From NCBI GenBank assembly GCA_040285855.1, contig JAUFOQ010000001.1, positions 496,001-560,000 on the forward strand: 64,000 nt of DNA, given 5' to 3'. Under the pieces are notes generated by a model. The model searched no databases. It was given only the letters and a program-made list of their open reading frames with translations, and had not been told where the DNA came from. The DNA comes from Eukaryota sp. GEM-RC1. Taxonomy: Eukaryota. Shown piece by piece: positions 42,950 to 55,230 of the stretch (position 1 is its first letter; every line of letters starts with the position of its first letter). The position numbers were made by a program, and so were the translations under genes.

Positions 42950-44773
42950 TTAACTTTCATCAACGATTTCAAGTACATGATCACTACGAAACAATGAAAC
43001 AAATAAATAATAGTTACCACTACTTAATCTGGGAAGAGTTCCAGTAAGATTAATTGAAGAATTGCTTACCGATTTGATTGTCAAAGAGTAATTAATTAGA
43101 TTTACATTGATTTCGAGTAATTCACTGGGATTCCACTGATCACGGGTTCCTGAGAGACGACCAATCACACTACAATTACCCTTAAAATTGAAGGTACCAT
43201 GAGCAGTCTGATAGCACCACCCAGTAACACTAAACTTTGACTCGTCAATGACTCCAACAAAATGATGACCGATAAGCCCCTGGTACTTCAACTTCCAAGT
43301 ATAAACATTACCTGGAAGAAGTGGACCTTCTCCCAAGATATTTCGAGAATCATTACCACTACTTGTAACAAAAACTGTCTTTCCATCCCCACTCACTTGT
43401 AACTGAGAATGTTTCCTAGTTTGAGAGAATCTAAAAACATTCAATCCATTAGTTGCTTGATCAAGTAGTTTGATTTCAGTAATTGTCTTTTTTAGTTGTT
43501 CCATCTCTACTTGTAAATTGTGAATAATATCTGAATAATTTACATTTAAAGTATGCATTTCTGATAATAAATTAGAGTTGGCGGTTTCTAAATTTGAGTT
43601 TGCTTTTTCAGAGAATCAATTTCAGTCTGCAAATCAGCAATGATTTGACTTTGTTCCAATAATTTCAAATTCTCTTTTTTTACTCAATGTGATTTCTTGA
43701 TCAAGTCTACAGATTTGTTGATTTAATTTCAAAATTTCACCAACAAGATGATCATTCCTAACTTTCAAAGAAGATTCATCAGTCGAAGAAGTTGAGAAAT
43801 CACCAGCAACAGCTTCCAAGTCCTGCACATTATTCAAAACTTCAATTATTTGATTAATTTTTGGCCTACATAAAGGATCTGGATTCATACATTTCTGAAT
43901 TACTTTCTGTACACACTCCGGTACAGATCTCCCAAAAGGTAATGCTTTCCCAGTGTTTTTAGCATCAATAATCGAAAGAGGATCTTCTTCACTAAAAGCA
44001 ACCTTGTTTTCAAATAATTCATAAAGACAAACTCCAAGTGAATAAATATCATTTAAAGGAGAAACAACATTTCTAAATTGTTCTGGAGCTGCATAAGTAT
44101 AAGACACATCAAATGATCGAGGAACTAGAGTTGTAGCAGAAAGGTTTTTAGAGGTACCGAAATCAGCAACTCTAACGTGATCATCGACTAACAGAATGTT
44201 TGCTGGTTTTAGATCCCCATGAACTACAGACTTTAGGTGGAGAAACTTAACAGCTTGACATAGCTCCTTAGCGTATCTCAGAGTTGATGACGTGAGAGAG
44301 TTTGGGGAGGGGATGGAAGAAGAAGCTCTTTCCATTACGATGCCAATGGAATCTTGGAAGACTGAGATTCCAAAGACACGAAGTATAGAAGGATGGTTGA
44401 GGTTGATAAGGAGATTCAGTTGTTGTTGAAGTTTGAGCTTTCCTTCCTGCGTTAGAGACAACATTTTGACGGCAACGGGGAGATCGAACCATGTAGCAGC
44501 GTATACAATAGTAAAACCTCCTTCCGCAATCCTTTCTCCAAGAATGATCTCGTCGGGTGGAATTTGGGGGCAGAGATCGCCATGTAGAGAAGCTCGGACA
44601 AGATCCTGCACAGAACAGTTCACCTTTCTCTCCTTAAGGCAGTTGGTAGCACAGAGGGGACATTTATTCAGTTCAGCTGAACATTTAGAGCAAGCAGTGT
44701 GACCTTCGCCACAGATGAGTAGGGGAAGACGGTTGGAGAGATTGAAAGACTCACAGCAGTGGAAGCATTCCAT
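42950..44773 (-). CDS. RING finger - TKL-like protein kinase - coiled coil - SPRY-like protein (~607 aa; two compensating homopolymer indels)
   Basis: RING CFHC...CGEGHTACSKC...CPLC; kinase AEGGF, VAVK, HGDLKPAN, DFG, APE. ORFs 43634-44773 and 42950-43558 are in the same frame and are bridged by coiled coil KENLKLLEQSQIIADLQTEIDSLKK if the T7 (~43675) and T5 (~43604) runs are each T6. Confidence 0.88.
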
Positions 44774-45468
44774 GTGTTAAAGACCTTTTGATTTTGGACA
44801 AACACATTTTCTTACCTTGCATGTATTGAAACCCCTTTGTGTGGTGTAATGATGGAATTCTTTATCTGAAACCTCCCTTTAAGCATATCTCTACAAGTCA
44901 AACATGATAGTAACAAACAAATCTAGTGGAATTAATCATAAATTGTTGAGTTATCAAGTGACTGCCGTTTAGTTAAGAGTATAGTATAGTGTGTTGAATT
45001 TTCAAAATGGTTTCACGAAAATTGTATAATTGTAGATGGTCTATGTACAATTTTCGATGTCCGATTTAATCAATAATAACTCCAATATTAACGAAATTTT
45101 TCGATTATGTAATACGTTCTGAAATTTGGTTTTCAAAATTAGTATATTGAAAAATGCAGCTCACAAAACGTTGTCTTGCAAGAATTAAAGTGGATTACTG
45201 ATGTGACTGTTAAAGAAATTACAATGATCCCAGTGAATGGTTAACAGAAGCAGAATGTCTGTCATGATTGGCAAACTTGGGGACAAAACATTTTGGAAAA
45301 ACCCAAAATTGAATTGATAATTTCCAAGGTGTTGTATTGTTGTAGTATTGTGTAGATTGATATTAGGTACAAGTCCTCCCCCGTACTTCCAAAGAGGTTC
45401 TCTTTTTACTGTAAAAGTTCTACTCTAGTTGTAAAAACGAATTAGTAAGTCATACAAGTTATCATGAT

Positions 45469-46404
45469 TAGTGTTGCACCAATTTCAGCCCCAGCCCCCA
45501 GCCCAGCCCAGCCGCCCAGCCTGGCGGGCTGCAGTACAATTGGACTGGGCTTGAGAGTTTGTGGCTTAAGCCCGGGCGGCTTGACAATTCACTGGGCTCA
45601 GCCCTTCAGCCTATATACAACTCTACTTTTTTATCGCAACATTTATCAACAGTAGATATACGTATCAATATTGTAAGAATCGTTTTGCCATTGACCAAAA
45701 GTTATTGCAATAGTAAAAAGATACTATTGTGAAAAACTACTAATTACATATTAGTGATTAACTTCTGCAAATGCATTATTTTCACTGATTGATCATAAAC
45801 CCCGTTTTTTTCTAATTACATGAATCAATTTGTTTGTTGTGATGTACCTCAGTGTAGATTGTAGGAACTCCAATTCATCTTTTAGTATATTCCCAATCTT
45901 TGTAATGCTCTCTCGCCAAGACATCGCAACAAGAATAGATGACACACCACCTCCTGCTTCTGTTACTTCGCCAAAGTCGAAAAAAGCTCTCCACTGAGTC
46001 TTTGAGAGCTCTATTGAGCTTGAGACCCTGGATGAAAGTGGAGTTTGAACAAGTTTTAAAAGAAATGAAGTCTTTAAAAATAGAACTTGATGATGATGAA
46101 GAAAGTGTTGTAGATTAATTTAGTTTATACATTTACATGTATTCATATTTGATATTGCAACCAGACATTATGAATAAATTAATTATTCTGATTGCAAATG
46201 TAAAGAACTTATAAACCATAAGCTGAAAAGTTAGACACTACTAAATAAATGTTTACTTGTTTGGGCTGGGGGCTGGGCTGGGCTGGGCTGATGAAATTAT
46301 GGGCTGGGCTGGGCTGGCTAGTGATTTGATTGGGCGGGCTGAAACAAAAGGGCTTAGCCCAGGCGGGGCTGAATTGTAAAGGGCTGAGCCCAGGTGCAAC
46401 ACTA
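45469..46404 (+). mobile_element. Non-autonomous hAT deletion derivative (936 bp)
   Basis: Perfect 12-bp TIRs tagtgttgcacc/ggtgcaacacta; perfect 8-bp TSD atcatgat; inverted CAGCC/GGCTG subterminal arrays; internal protein-like tail LLSLRPWMKVEFE...VVD*. Confidence 0.93.
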
Positions 46405-46546
46405 ATCATGATCAATGGTTCTTTGTTCAAGGTTGCTCAGATTTCTCACACCAGATTTTCTTTTCGTTGGCAACACTGCTCAATCATTAAAGTGTTACAT
46501 CTTTCCCCTACCGTGTTTGAACCAAACTGTATCATCAGCCTATCTT

Positions 46547-47599
46547 ATGAGCACAATTCGTTCTATTCCCCCATCTGATAGTATGGAGTTTGAACTTACA
46601 ATTCCTCAAGACATGTTAAGCTCTCATCTCCTTTTAAATGAAAAGAATAAGGCCTTTCCCCTTCGTCGAATCTGCGTCTTCCTTACACTGTTTGTAGTGG
46701 CTGTTGTTGTGTTATATCCCCTCATTGCTTATTACTTCTACAATAGGGTTGTTATTAAGGCCACTGCTTGCGTCGAATGTGAACCTCCCTTGATCATCGA
46801 TGATTTTGAACTCAAGTATCGTGATAGAGGGTCTTCTACCACACTTCCAACAATTATTGTAGTTCATGGTGGACCAGCACACAGCCATCTCAGCTTTAAG
46901 GATGGTTTGGACTTTCTTGAAGACCATACTCGTGTCATTATGTATGATCAAAGAGGTTCTGGGCTTTCCGAAGTAAAAAGTGATACAAACAAGTATACAA
47001 TGGAACTGTTGGTCGAAGAGCTCGAAGCTGTCCGTATCGCTTCTGGTTCGGAAAAGATTGTTGTTATCGGACATTCATTTGGTGGTATACTTGCACAACG
47101 ATATGCTCTCAAGTATCCTGACAATGTTGTGAAGGTTATTCTTGTTGGAAGTGTTGTTATTAACAGCAACATGGGCAGCAGCTTCATTTTAAAGTATATC
47201 GGCCCAACACTGTATTCCTTTTTCCTTGGATTTCCCCCCAAGAAGTCTGCTGATGCTGATGAGTGGTTTACTTTTCAAGATGAATCTTCCCGTCTCTACA
47301 ATAAGAGCAATGCTCACTTGATTGAAGATTCTGGTCCATCTAGATTTATTCCCTGGAGAGAGTTTTCTATTTCTGTTGCTGGTCAGAATTATGAATCAGA
47401 GCTCAAAGCTTCAACCATTCCTTTCCTCATCATTTATGGAAGTGCAGACACACGATTTACAGGTTCTGAAGCTGCGTTCTCTATGTGTTCTTTATATCCT
47501 GATTGTAACTTGGTTGAAATGAAGCAGAGTGGACATTGGCCGTTTCTTGAAGAACCTGACCAATTTCAATCTGTAGTTTTGGATTTCCTCATCAAATAA
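46547..47599 (+). CDS. Alpha/beta-fold hydrolase, proline iminopeptidase (S33)-like, with N-terminal transmembrane anchor
   Basis: HGGP, YDQRGSG, nucleophile GHSFGG, GSAD, SGHWP and hydrophobic ICVFLTLFVVAVVVLYPLI. Intact ORF; the start could be 46415, 46547 or 46583. Confidence 0.9.
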   Translation: MSTIRSIPPSDSMEFELTIPQDMLSSHLLLNEKNKAFPLRRICVFLTLFVVAVVVLYPLIAYYFYNRVVIKATACVECEPPLIIDDFELKYRDRGSSTTLPTIIVVHGGPAHSHLSFKDGLDFLEDHTRVIMYDQRGSGLSEVKSDTNKYTMELLVEELEAVRIASGSEKIVVIGHSFGGILAQRYALKYPDNVVKVILVGSVVINSNMGSSFILKYIGPTLYSFFLGFPPKKSADADEWFTFQDESSRLYNKSNAHLIEDSGPSRFIPWREFSISVAGQNYESELKASTIPFLIIYGSADTRFTGSEAAFSMCSLYPDCNLVEMKQSGHWPFLEEPDQFQSVVLDFLIK

Positions 47600-48960
47600 T
47601 AGTTATTTATGACGATGTAAACCCTCTGTGAATTAATTAAAGCCCCTAGACACTGGTGATTTTTCGTGGTTGATGTGTTCTCGAAGTTTTAAATAGCACT
47701 GTTAACAAGGACGTTGTACTAACATTGCATGCAACACAATATTTACTTTGAGCCATACAAACAAAATCAATGACATGTACACATATTTTAAACATTATGT
47801 ACTTCAATACAATCTATTGAATAGACTAGATTTTTTAGGAGACAGTTTCAGAATCTAGTTGTCGACATCAATGGATCTACTATCAAATAACAAATTAAGT
47901 AAGAGACTTCAACAATACTTAAAAGTAGGGCCGTACATTCATATATAACAATATTTGATTCATCGCGATGTCCCTGAAGCTGTAAAGAAGCCAAAAATGT
48001 ACACGAATTTCATTTTCCGATACAAAATCGGTTTTAAATTGCTCGTAGTCGTTAAAACCAAATATGGTGGTATTTGAGTAGTTTAAATCACTGCAGATAT
48101 CAGTTTCTTGCAGAATGTTTTCAAACAATGAATTCAAAGTTAACTAAAACTAAAACTGATTTATATCAACATTAATTGTTAATGACGAGTGTCTGATTGA
48201 TTTCACTCTCTGTAATAACAAGTCTTTAAAAGTGTTATCATATAGGATATTATCAGCAGATCTAATATTTTGGTCTTGGTATGTGTTTTTGGTTTTCATA
48301 AATGATCTAGGCAGTGTTCGGATTTATTTCCACCATGTTTATTAAAAAAACCATGTCGATGTTATCCGCTGAATCAGCGACAGACGACCAGTGTTGTTTA
48401 AATTACAATTTCATTGGAGTTTTCACCTGTTTCTTCCCTATAAACCTATGCAGTACTGGAATACTAATCTTTTTATAGAAGTAAAGTCCATACTGTTGTT
48501 TAAGGTCTCTCTACGTAAATCAATAGTTATTGATGTACATTATTGATATATGTGATGATTCAACTATTGACAAAATTGTAATGAATCATTCCTATGTCCA
48601 ATATCAGCTCAAACAGGTTAATAAAGTTGGTAGAAGAAATTGATGAAATTCTTGTTCTTTATGATCAGTTACTCTCCTTACTGAAGATAAGGAGATTTTG
48701 CATTACATGTCAATATTTTATTTGCTATGTGAGGAGAAGATGGTTTTTGTGTTTCAGCATTTGTGTTGTAAATGCCACAATTTTTCTCAAAAAGTTTAGG
48801 AAAAATGTTCTGAACAATATCATTTCTTCAAATGATAATGAAAACCATATTAGATGTTTCATAATTTATTCCTCGTCTAGATGTTACAACATGTGATTCA
48901 ATTCTTGTAATTGTTTGATGTTAATGTTTCGTACTTCTTTGTATCAAAACTTTTCTAAAC

Positions 48961-49537
48961 GCAGTGTAATCAGCGGGTGAGACGGTGTCTGCAACAACAC
49001 AGATATCGAACGTAAACTTCTACTTTTTCCCTCATTAGGTTGTATACCAATTAGTTACCCAAACAGAAATTTCTACCGTTACTTTCGAAAAACAAACAAC
49101 GTGGTTTCCAAGTCCCAAACGATCAAAATTTCATGTCTGTCGCTTTTCTGTCTCCGTTGAATTGGATACATAGCTTCATTTTGCAAGTAATAAAAAGACC
49201 ATTGTCTCATGAGATCTCCTCTAATATGTGAAATCAAATTGGAGTGTTGTCTAGATCAATACGTGGTATTCATATTCAATATTTTCGGAAACAAGCACTT
49301 TGCTAAATTCAAAAACGATGTTACACACGTTTGGAAGAATCTACAGGTCAGATGTCGTTATTAGCGTCAAATTATTTTTGGTTAGGCTGATAGGGCTCTA
49401 GACAGTTCCACCCTCACATCACGTTCCTATAACTGATTTTTTTTAAAATGGTTATGAACATTACAATATGTTCTACTACATTTTTCATCTGAAGAAGAAT
49501 TACATTATATTAAGAATAATGAAGACTATAAAAGATA
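48961..49537. repeat. Diverged inverted copy of 15557-16285 with an internal deletion
   Basis: Reverse-complement matches along its length. Confidence 0.8.
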
Positions 49538-50161
49538 CCATGACCCAGTAGGAGATCAACTACATACCATTTGCAAATCTTAAAAAATTGAATCATTCAT
49601 TGAATCATTGCTTAGATCGTTTGACATCAATCAACCAACCAAAAAGAAAATCCGTTTGGACAACGTGCTGACCTTATTATACCTTCTTCTTCTCAATCAA
49701 TGTTAGTGATTGAGGGTGTTTCAGTGCAGGTCTGTCAGTGGATCATCATACTTTTTTTGCTTCATATATTTTGCAATGTCTAGATGGATGATACTTCCGT
49801 TGCAACTACAATGTACCTTTGGGCTTCTTTCAATCCTTTCATGATTCTCTTATCACAAATAAAGACACATTTTCTTTTATCTAATTGTTCAAACTACTGC
49901 GTATCGCTTGAGGAACAAAGCATGTCTTGCAGGATTTGATTTGGTATTCAAAACTGACTGGCTTCCTCAACTTATCCACCTTTCCATTCCGCTGGTTTCA
50001 TGTCACATATAGTTGTCTTCCTCATGTATATCATGATTTGTACTTTCTAATATACGTGCTTTTGTGAGGTTTAGTTTTTGTATGAATGTCATAAATCCCG
50101 GCACAGCTTTTTGCCTGCGATTCAACTTTTCTTTTCATTCTCACACCTTCTTTATAATATC

Positions 50162-50725
50162 ATGTTAAGAGACTTATCACCATCTTTTAACAACAACGAT
50201 GATGATTTACTATGGTCAACTTTACCTTTGGCGCAATGTGGTCCTGACTCCGTTCAATCAAACTACACGATGGACGATTACGAAGAAGACTTGTGCAGCA
50301 GACTTCAAAGTCCCGGCTTCATGAAACTTTCGGACGAGTGCTTCTCTCTCTTAGTCCGTGTGGACTACAAACTTCATCTCAGAGCAAAAAAGTCATTTTA
50401 TTCTGGTGATGTGCCTGTTTTCTATGAAGATATATCTGATCTCATCGGTGACCGTTTTCCAAAGTTGTTTGCAAAGCATTTCTTACTACAACACAAGAGA
50501 CAGAATTTATATCTGTATCCAAGTGGTCTCAAGATCACACTTTTTGTAGGCAAAAACAAGTATGAAGACGTCTCTAAGTTTAGAGCAAATTCCTACCATA
50601 AAGTCAGTATGGAACAGCCCAATGTGGTTTGCTTAAATGTGTCAATTGATGTTCTCGTGCTTGAAAGGGAATTTTCTGCCGTGCTTCGAGAACAAAGGAG
50701 ATCAGAAAATCAAGAGATTACATGA
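50162..50725 (+). CDS. Hypothetical protein
   Basis: 187-codon ORF from ATG with protein-like composition; no recognised motif; the 3' end may run into TE debris. Confidence 0.5.
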   Translation: MLRDLSPSFNNNDDDLLWSTLPLAQCGPDSVQSNYTMDDYEEDLCSRLQSPGFMKLSDECFSLLVRVDYKLHLRAKKSFYSGDVPVFYEDISDLIGDRFPKLFAKHFLLQHKRQNLYLYPSGLKITLFVGKNKYEDVSKFRANSYHKVSMEQPNVVCLNVSIDVLVLEREFSAVLREQRRSENQEIT

Positions 50726-51029
50726 AAAGACCTCAAGGAAAGACATGAGAACTACTCAGCATCTGATGGTTACTGGGATATGTGGGCAAAACTGGTGAAT
50801 CAAAAGAAGGCTTCATTTTCTGTGATTCCGACTGTGCCGAAGATTACGATCTTTTTGGAAAGAAAAAGCATTCAATTCATGGAACCATCCTTATAAAACA
50901 CATGTCATGACGTCACAGGGATGAGATCGAGAGAATGAAGAAGACATGAAGGTCCAGTGATGACGGGTTGCAAAGTTTAATTTAGAGTGCCACGCGGCAC
51001 TGTAAATATCATTTAACATAAAATCTGGG

Positions 51030-51930
51030 GGTATGAGTACCACCACTTACATGATAATCTTACGAATACATGACCACTGTTGCCAAAGGTAGAGGCTGAA
51101 ATGAATAGCAAAATGAGCAAGCTCTTCAACAAAGTTTCAAGATAATGGTCATGACCATAACTTCTGATGGGTGGTTTGATGTTAGATAAAGACCTTAATC
51201 AATCTTATGGGTGGCTCAATGGATGGACCATATTTCCTCACCTCATTTGATACTTCTGAAAAGAAGAAGATGGGGGATACGTAAGCTCAGGAGAGTAGTT
51301 TCTGTTCTTTGTTTGTCACACTAAGAGATTCAACAAAAGTTACTCAAAAACCTGCTAGACCATTGAACTCGGTGCACATCTTCTCCTTTTTCGAACCAGT
51401 TCTCTTTAACCTGCTCACAATCAAACATTCATTTTCTCTCCCTCTTCCTCACCAGAGTAACGATCTCGTTAAGAAGCAAATGAGGCATCAATACAACTTC
51501 TATGTATTGTTGATATAGCTTCCTTTATGAAAATGATGACAGAGTTCCATGTAAACTATACCATCCTTGAACGACAAACACAGAGAAATTTAATCCTTCT
51601 ACGTCATGTCAATGTAAAACAACAGGTGAAAGTGTTTCAATAGAAAAGGCGTACCTTGTTGACAGCAGCAGAACTTCTTTTGATAGTATGATTTAAAAAT
51701 AACGAAATCGAATAACATCATTGAAAGCCCCAAAAATGAAGGACTTTGATTATAATAATATCAAAGGAAGGAAACTTTTTTAAAATTGGATTGTTAAGAA
51801 GTTGATCTTAGATCTCCCCTTAAGTCACCCACACACATGAATTGGGATAGCAGAATCCGTATTTAGTATTCTAAATTATTTTGGTGTGAATAATCCTGTT
51901 GCAATGGTGACGTACAATGCTAGAATTGTC
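51030..51930 (+). pseudogene. hAT transposase remnants, interrupted by a Gypsy integrase scrap (~51400-51480)
   Basis: TITSDGW...INLM (~51155-51210) and VAMVTYNA (~51900) resemble hAT DGW and VTDNA motifs. HSFSLPLPHQSNDLV resembles the integrase segment NSFSLPHHHQSNGLV. Confidence 0.55.
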
Positions 51931-54620
51931 TTCCGGCAAAAAACTGAAAGACGCGAGCACAAATCATGATTCTTCTGCAAAAGGATGGACATCTTATCGA
52001 GGATTGCTGTTAAGTCCTGAGTATTTATCAAGGAATTGAATCAATTGTTGATAACAAATCTGCTGAAGGTTTGGATAATAACATTGCGTATTTTCGTAAT
52101 GTATGTTGCCAGAACTAGTCGCCACCATGAACTACGTAAAACACAACATCTGCCCATTGGCTAACATTTTGGTGGTCGCTTTGTTGATCAGTTCATGTAT
52201 CTCGAAATATACACCTTTTCTAGAGTGGAATCTGTTCATGTTTAAGCATTCTTCAAGTAAAATGAGCGTTTGTGGGCTTTTAATCTGGGTTTTGTACTCA
52301 GCATTTCATCGTCTTCAGTCACCTTTGTATACATCATTTGTGATCTAGAATTGAATCAGCAGCTAACTCCATAAAGCATTGTTTTCCATGATTCTTGCTG
52401 AAACCGCTTTCCATTTATTATTCTGGATAAGTTGTGGACAAACCTAGAACTAATTCATCGTTTAGAAAAGGGCTTAGACTGCTAACAAAAATAATCGTTA
52501 ACAACACAGTGGTTAATAGAGAAAAAGCATATATGTGTTGTAGTTGTAGAATTGTGTAATTTCATGTTAGGTTTTTATCTTCCACATACATTCATAGAGG
52601 TTCTTTCCTATAAAGGTTCTCCTCTTATAGTATGTATCATTATTGTGCACAAAGACCAACAGTAATTACTGTGGGCAACTCCAAATTCCCATTACTCACT
52701 TTCAGCTCCACTCCTGAAAGGAACCTCCGTCTAAAGACCTGTAAGTTCTTGAAAGACGTCCAAGGCTACTCATCCGCCATAAGAAGAGCTTCCGAAGCCT
52801 TGATCCGTCCTGCTGCTTTTGATGTTGAAATTGGCTTCCTTACTGCTTTAGGTCTGATATCAGTTGATATACTTGAGAAGTTGAATTTTTAGTAATCTAA
52901 GTATGCCTTAACTAACCAACACTTTACTTTCGTCGAATCACAACCTCACTGTTTGCCACGTATTCGGTGCTCCGAAGCTCACGTCCCTCACAACGACCTT
53001 GGTCACGTGTTTCGATGAGGAAGTAAGACAGTTGCAAGCTTCTACTGAAACTTCAATTAGGACTAGTTGAAATAGAATATTACGTAAAATCTATTCCTCT
53101 GCACAAGTAATCCACTCATGTGTTCATTCTAGTCAAAAAGGATTGATAATATTAAGCGTAAAATAACTACTAGTAATTACATTGGTTATCTCACTCTAAA
53201 TATTGGAATACTAACAAATTTCTTGAAAATTTGAAGTCCTGAATGAGGAATATTTCCTTTCCCCATTAAATAGAACTACACATTAGACAAGTAAATAAAC
53301 GGCATTTTTGCTTCGACACGCCTCTTCAATAAATTAATGTCTTGTAACCGTTTTCTTCTTTTTAAACCTAGAGTCCATCAAAGATAATCTCAGAATACGT
53401 GTTCTGTTTACAAACACTTCTTCCTAAGGAGGTGAGTAAAACCAGTTGAGATGACTATAAGCAGAAAACTTCAAGAACTACAATGCAAGAGGAAATGTAT
53501 GTGAATCAATGAAGAAGGTAATGACGTCATAGTAGAGATCATGACGAAATCAAAGGACAAATGATTGAGAGAGGGAAGGAACCCCTGCCGTTAATCAAAG
53601 CTGATAAAGGTGATGATGGTGGTGGAGAAGTAGAAGAAGACACTAAAAGAGCAAGGAATGGGGGAGAGAATGATATGGAGCAAATACAGGAAGTAGGAGT
53701 TTACTGTCCAAAAGAGACTCAGCGAACGGTTCGCAAGATCGTCGTCGTACATAATGTTCCGCAGACATGTTAGAGAGGTGAAGGTCAAGAAGAAGACTCA
53801 AGTCCATGTTGATGGCCAAAGACAGAAGAAAGAGACGAGATAGTTGTTGTAACTAAGATCAACACTTGCTCTCCCTTGGAGGAGGAAGAGTTGAAACGGA
53901 GGCACAATAAAACAAGGGTTCGAGGATTGCCCTCAATGTCAGAAAAAGCTGCGTATTTGAAGACGAACAGTACAAGAAGCGAATGTCCAATAGAAACCAC
54001 GGACCAGAAAGAAATCAACAAGCAATGGTTGATAAAGACATATTGAAGAGGATTAAAGAACTAGGAAGACTCAGGAGATAGATCAAATTAAACGGGTGAA
54101 GTATATGTTCTCCTCCATTGACTTCAACTCTCGATCACAACCATGCGACGTATATCTCTAGAATGGTCTCTCTGTACCCGTATTTGGGATTCATCCTTCT
54201 AGTTTGTTTTCCTCTCTTTGAATCCTCTCGTAAACTATCATACACTTCTTGCCTTCATCTCTCTCGTTACTATTTCATTATTTCCTTCTAGAATAGAGTG
54301 AGATTCTTCTCAATGAGTGGTCTCCCACTTAGCTTTGGATTCTTTAATCAAGATAATACGGATCAATCGTCTTCAATCAATCTGTTTTGATTCTGGTGGT
54401 CAACAATGATCACGTGATCAATGGACTAGTGTTATCAGTATACTTCCGCGTTTAACATCCTCTCTTTAAAATTGTATTGTTTATATTTCTTCATCTTGAC
54501 TTTTTTTTAATGTATATTTTGTCTGTTTCTCCAGTCTTCTTCATGTCCAGTACAATTGTATTGATTTGATTCACGAAGTCAATTGACTTTTGTTCCGCTT
54601 TGCTGGTTTGCTTATCTGCT

Positions 54621-54871
54621 TTTTTAGTTCTGATATCATTACATGATAATGAAAGTAAGTTTTGTTATTTAAATCATTGAAAAACGGGTGTTTTAATCAA
54701 TACATGTTTTGGTAACCTTTTGCACTAACATGTTGCCACAATCGCCTTTGCAATGAGCATCTTAGATTAAAAGAAGGTTAAACAAACTGGTTAGCCTTTA
54801 CCAAGGAAGCAAGCAAGATGTATAACAAAAACTACGTAATACTACTGAATACATACCACGTCACTCTACGG
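54621..54871 (-). repeat. Retrotransposon 5' leader; diverged direct repeat of 58084-58333
   Basis: Colinear matches such as aggttaaacaaactggtta and accaaggaagcaag; lies directly downstream of the LTR on the minus strand. Confidence 0.8.
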
Positions 54872-55063
54872 TGTCAACACTACTCTTTCTTCTTCCGTTT
54901 GGTGTTGGTCCGTGCACAGCGTAAAGGGAAAAGTATTTATAAATAGAAGTTCTAAGACTTGAACAGTGGAAGGATGTATCTTCACTACTACGAGTGTTAT
55001 TTGGAGATGAGAGTGGTTCTCAGTTCTTAACACTAGATGTAAACTCGACACAATAGACGTACA
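54872..55063 (-). repeat. LTR (TGT...ACA) inserted into an integrase frame
   Basis: The minus strand reads TGTACG...GTTGACA and contains tatttataaata. It interrupts HSDNGREFTNRV and is homologous to 62928-63086. Confidence 0.72.
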
Positions 55064-55230
55064 TACCCTATTGGTGAATTCTCGTCCATTATCAGAATGA
55101 ATTGTCTTTGGTACACCAAAACCTCAGAACACCTTATCAAAAAGTTGGAAAGCTGCAGCTTTTGATGTCTTTTGTTTCAAAGAGCAAAATACTGTAAAAC
55201 GAGTAAAGCTATCAACATTAATGAGAAGTT
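55064..55230 (-). pseudogene. Gypsy integrase core fragment
   Basis: FGVPKTIHSDNGREFTN. Confidence 0.8.

Larger units (their letters stand above)
28027..44243 (+). repeat. Tandem segmental duplication, unit C (16217 bp, ancestral-type end)
   Basis: Same content as B plus 194 extra bp (33032-33225). At 44243 the sequence continues aacttaac into the intact kinase 5' half instead of the junction. Confidence 0.97.

Noticed and set aside
43600..43685. Programmed frameshifting or phase variation at A/T runs
   Set aside because: Homopolymer length differences occur throughout the window, including in dead TEs, which points to sequencing error; this cannot be resolved without reads.
52600..54600. 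Short ORFs that may be gag-like remnants
   Set aside because: No diagnostic motif and many stops.
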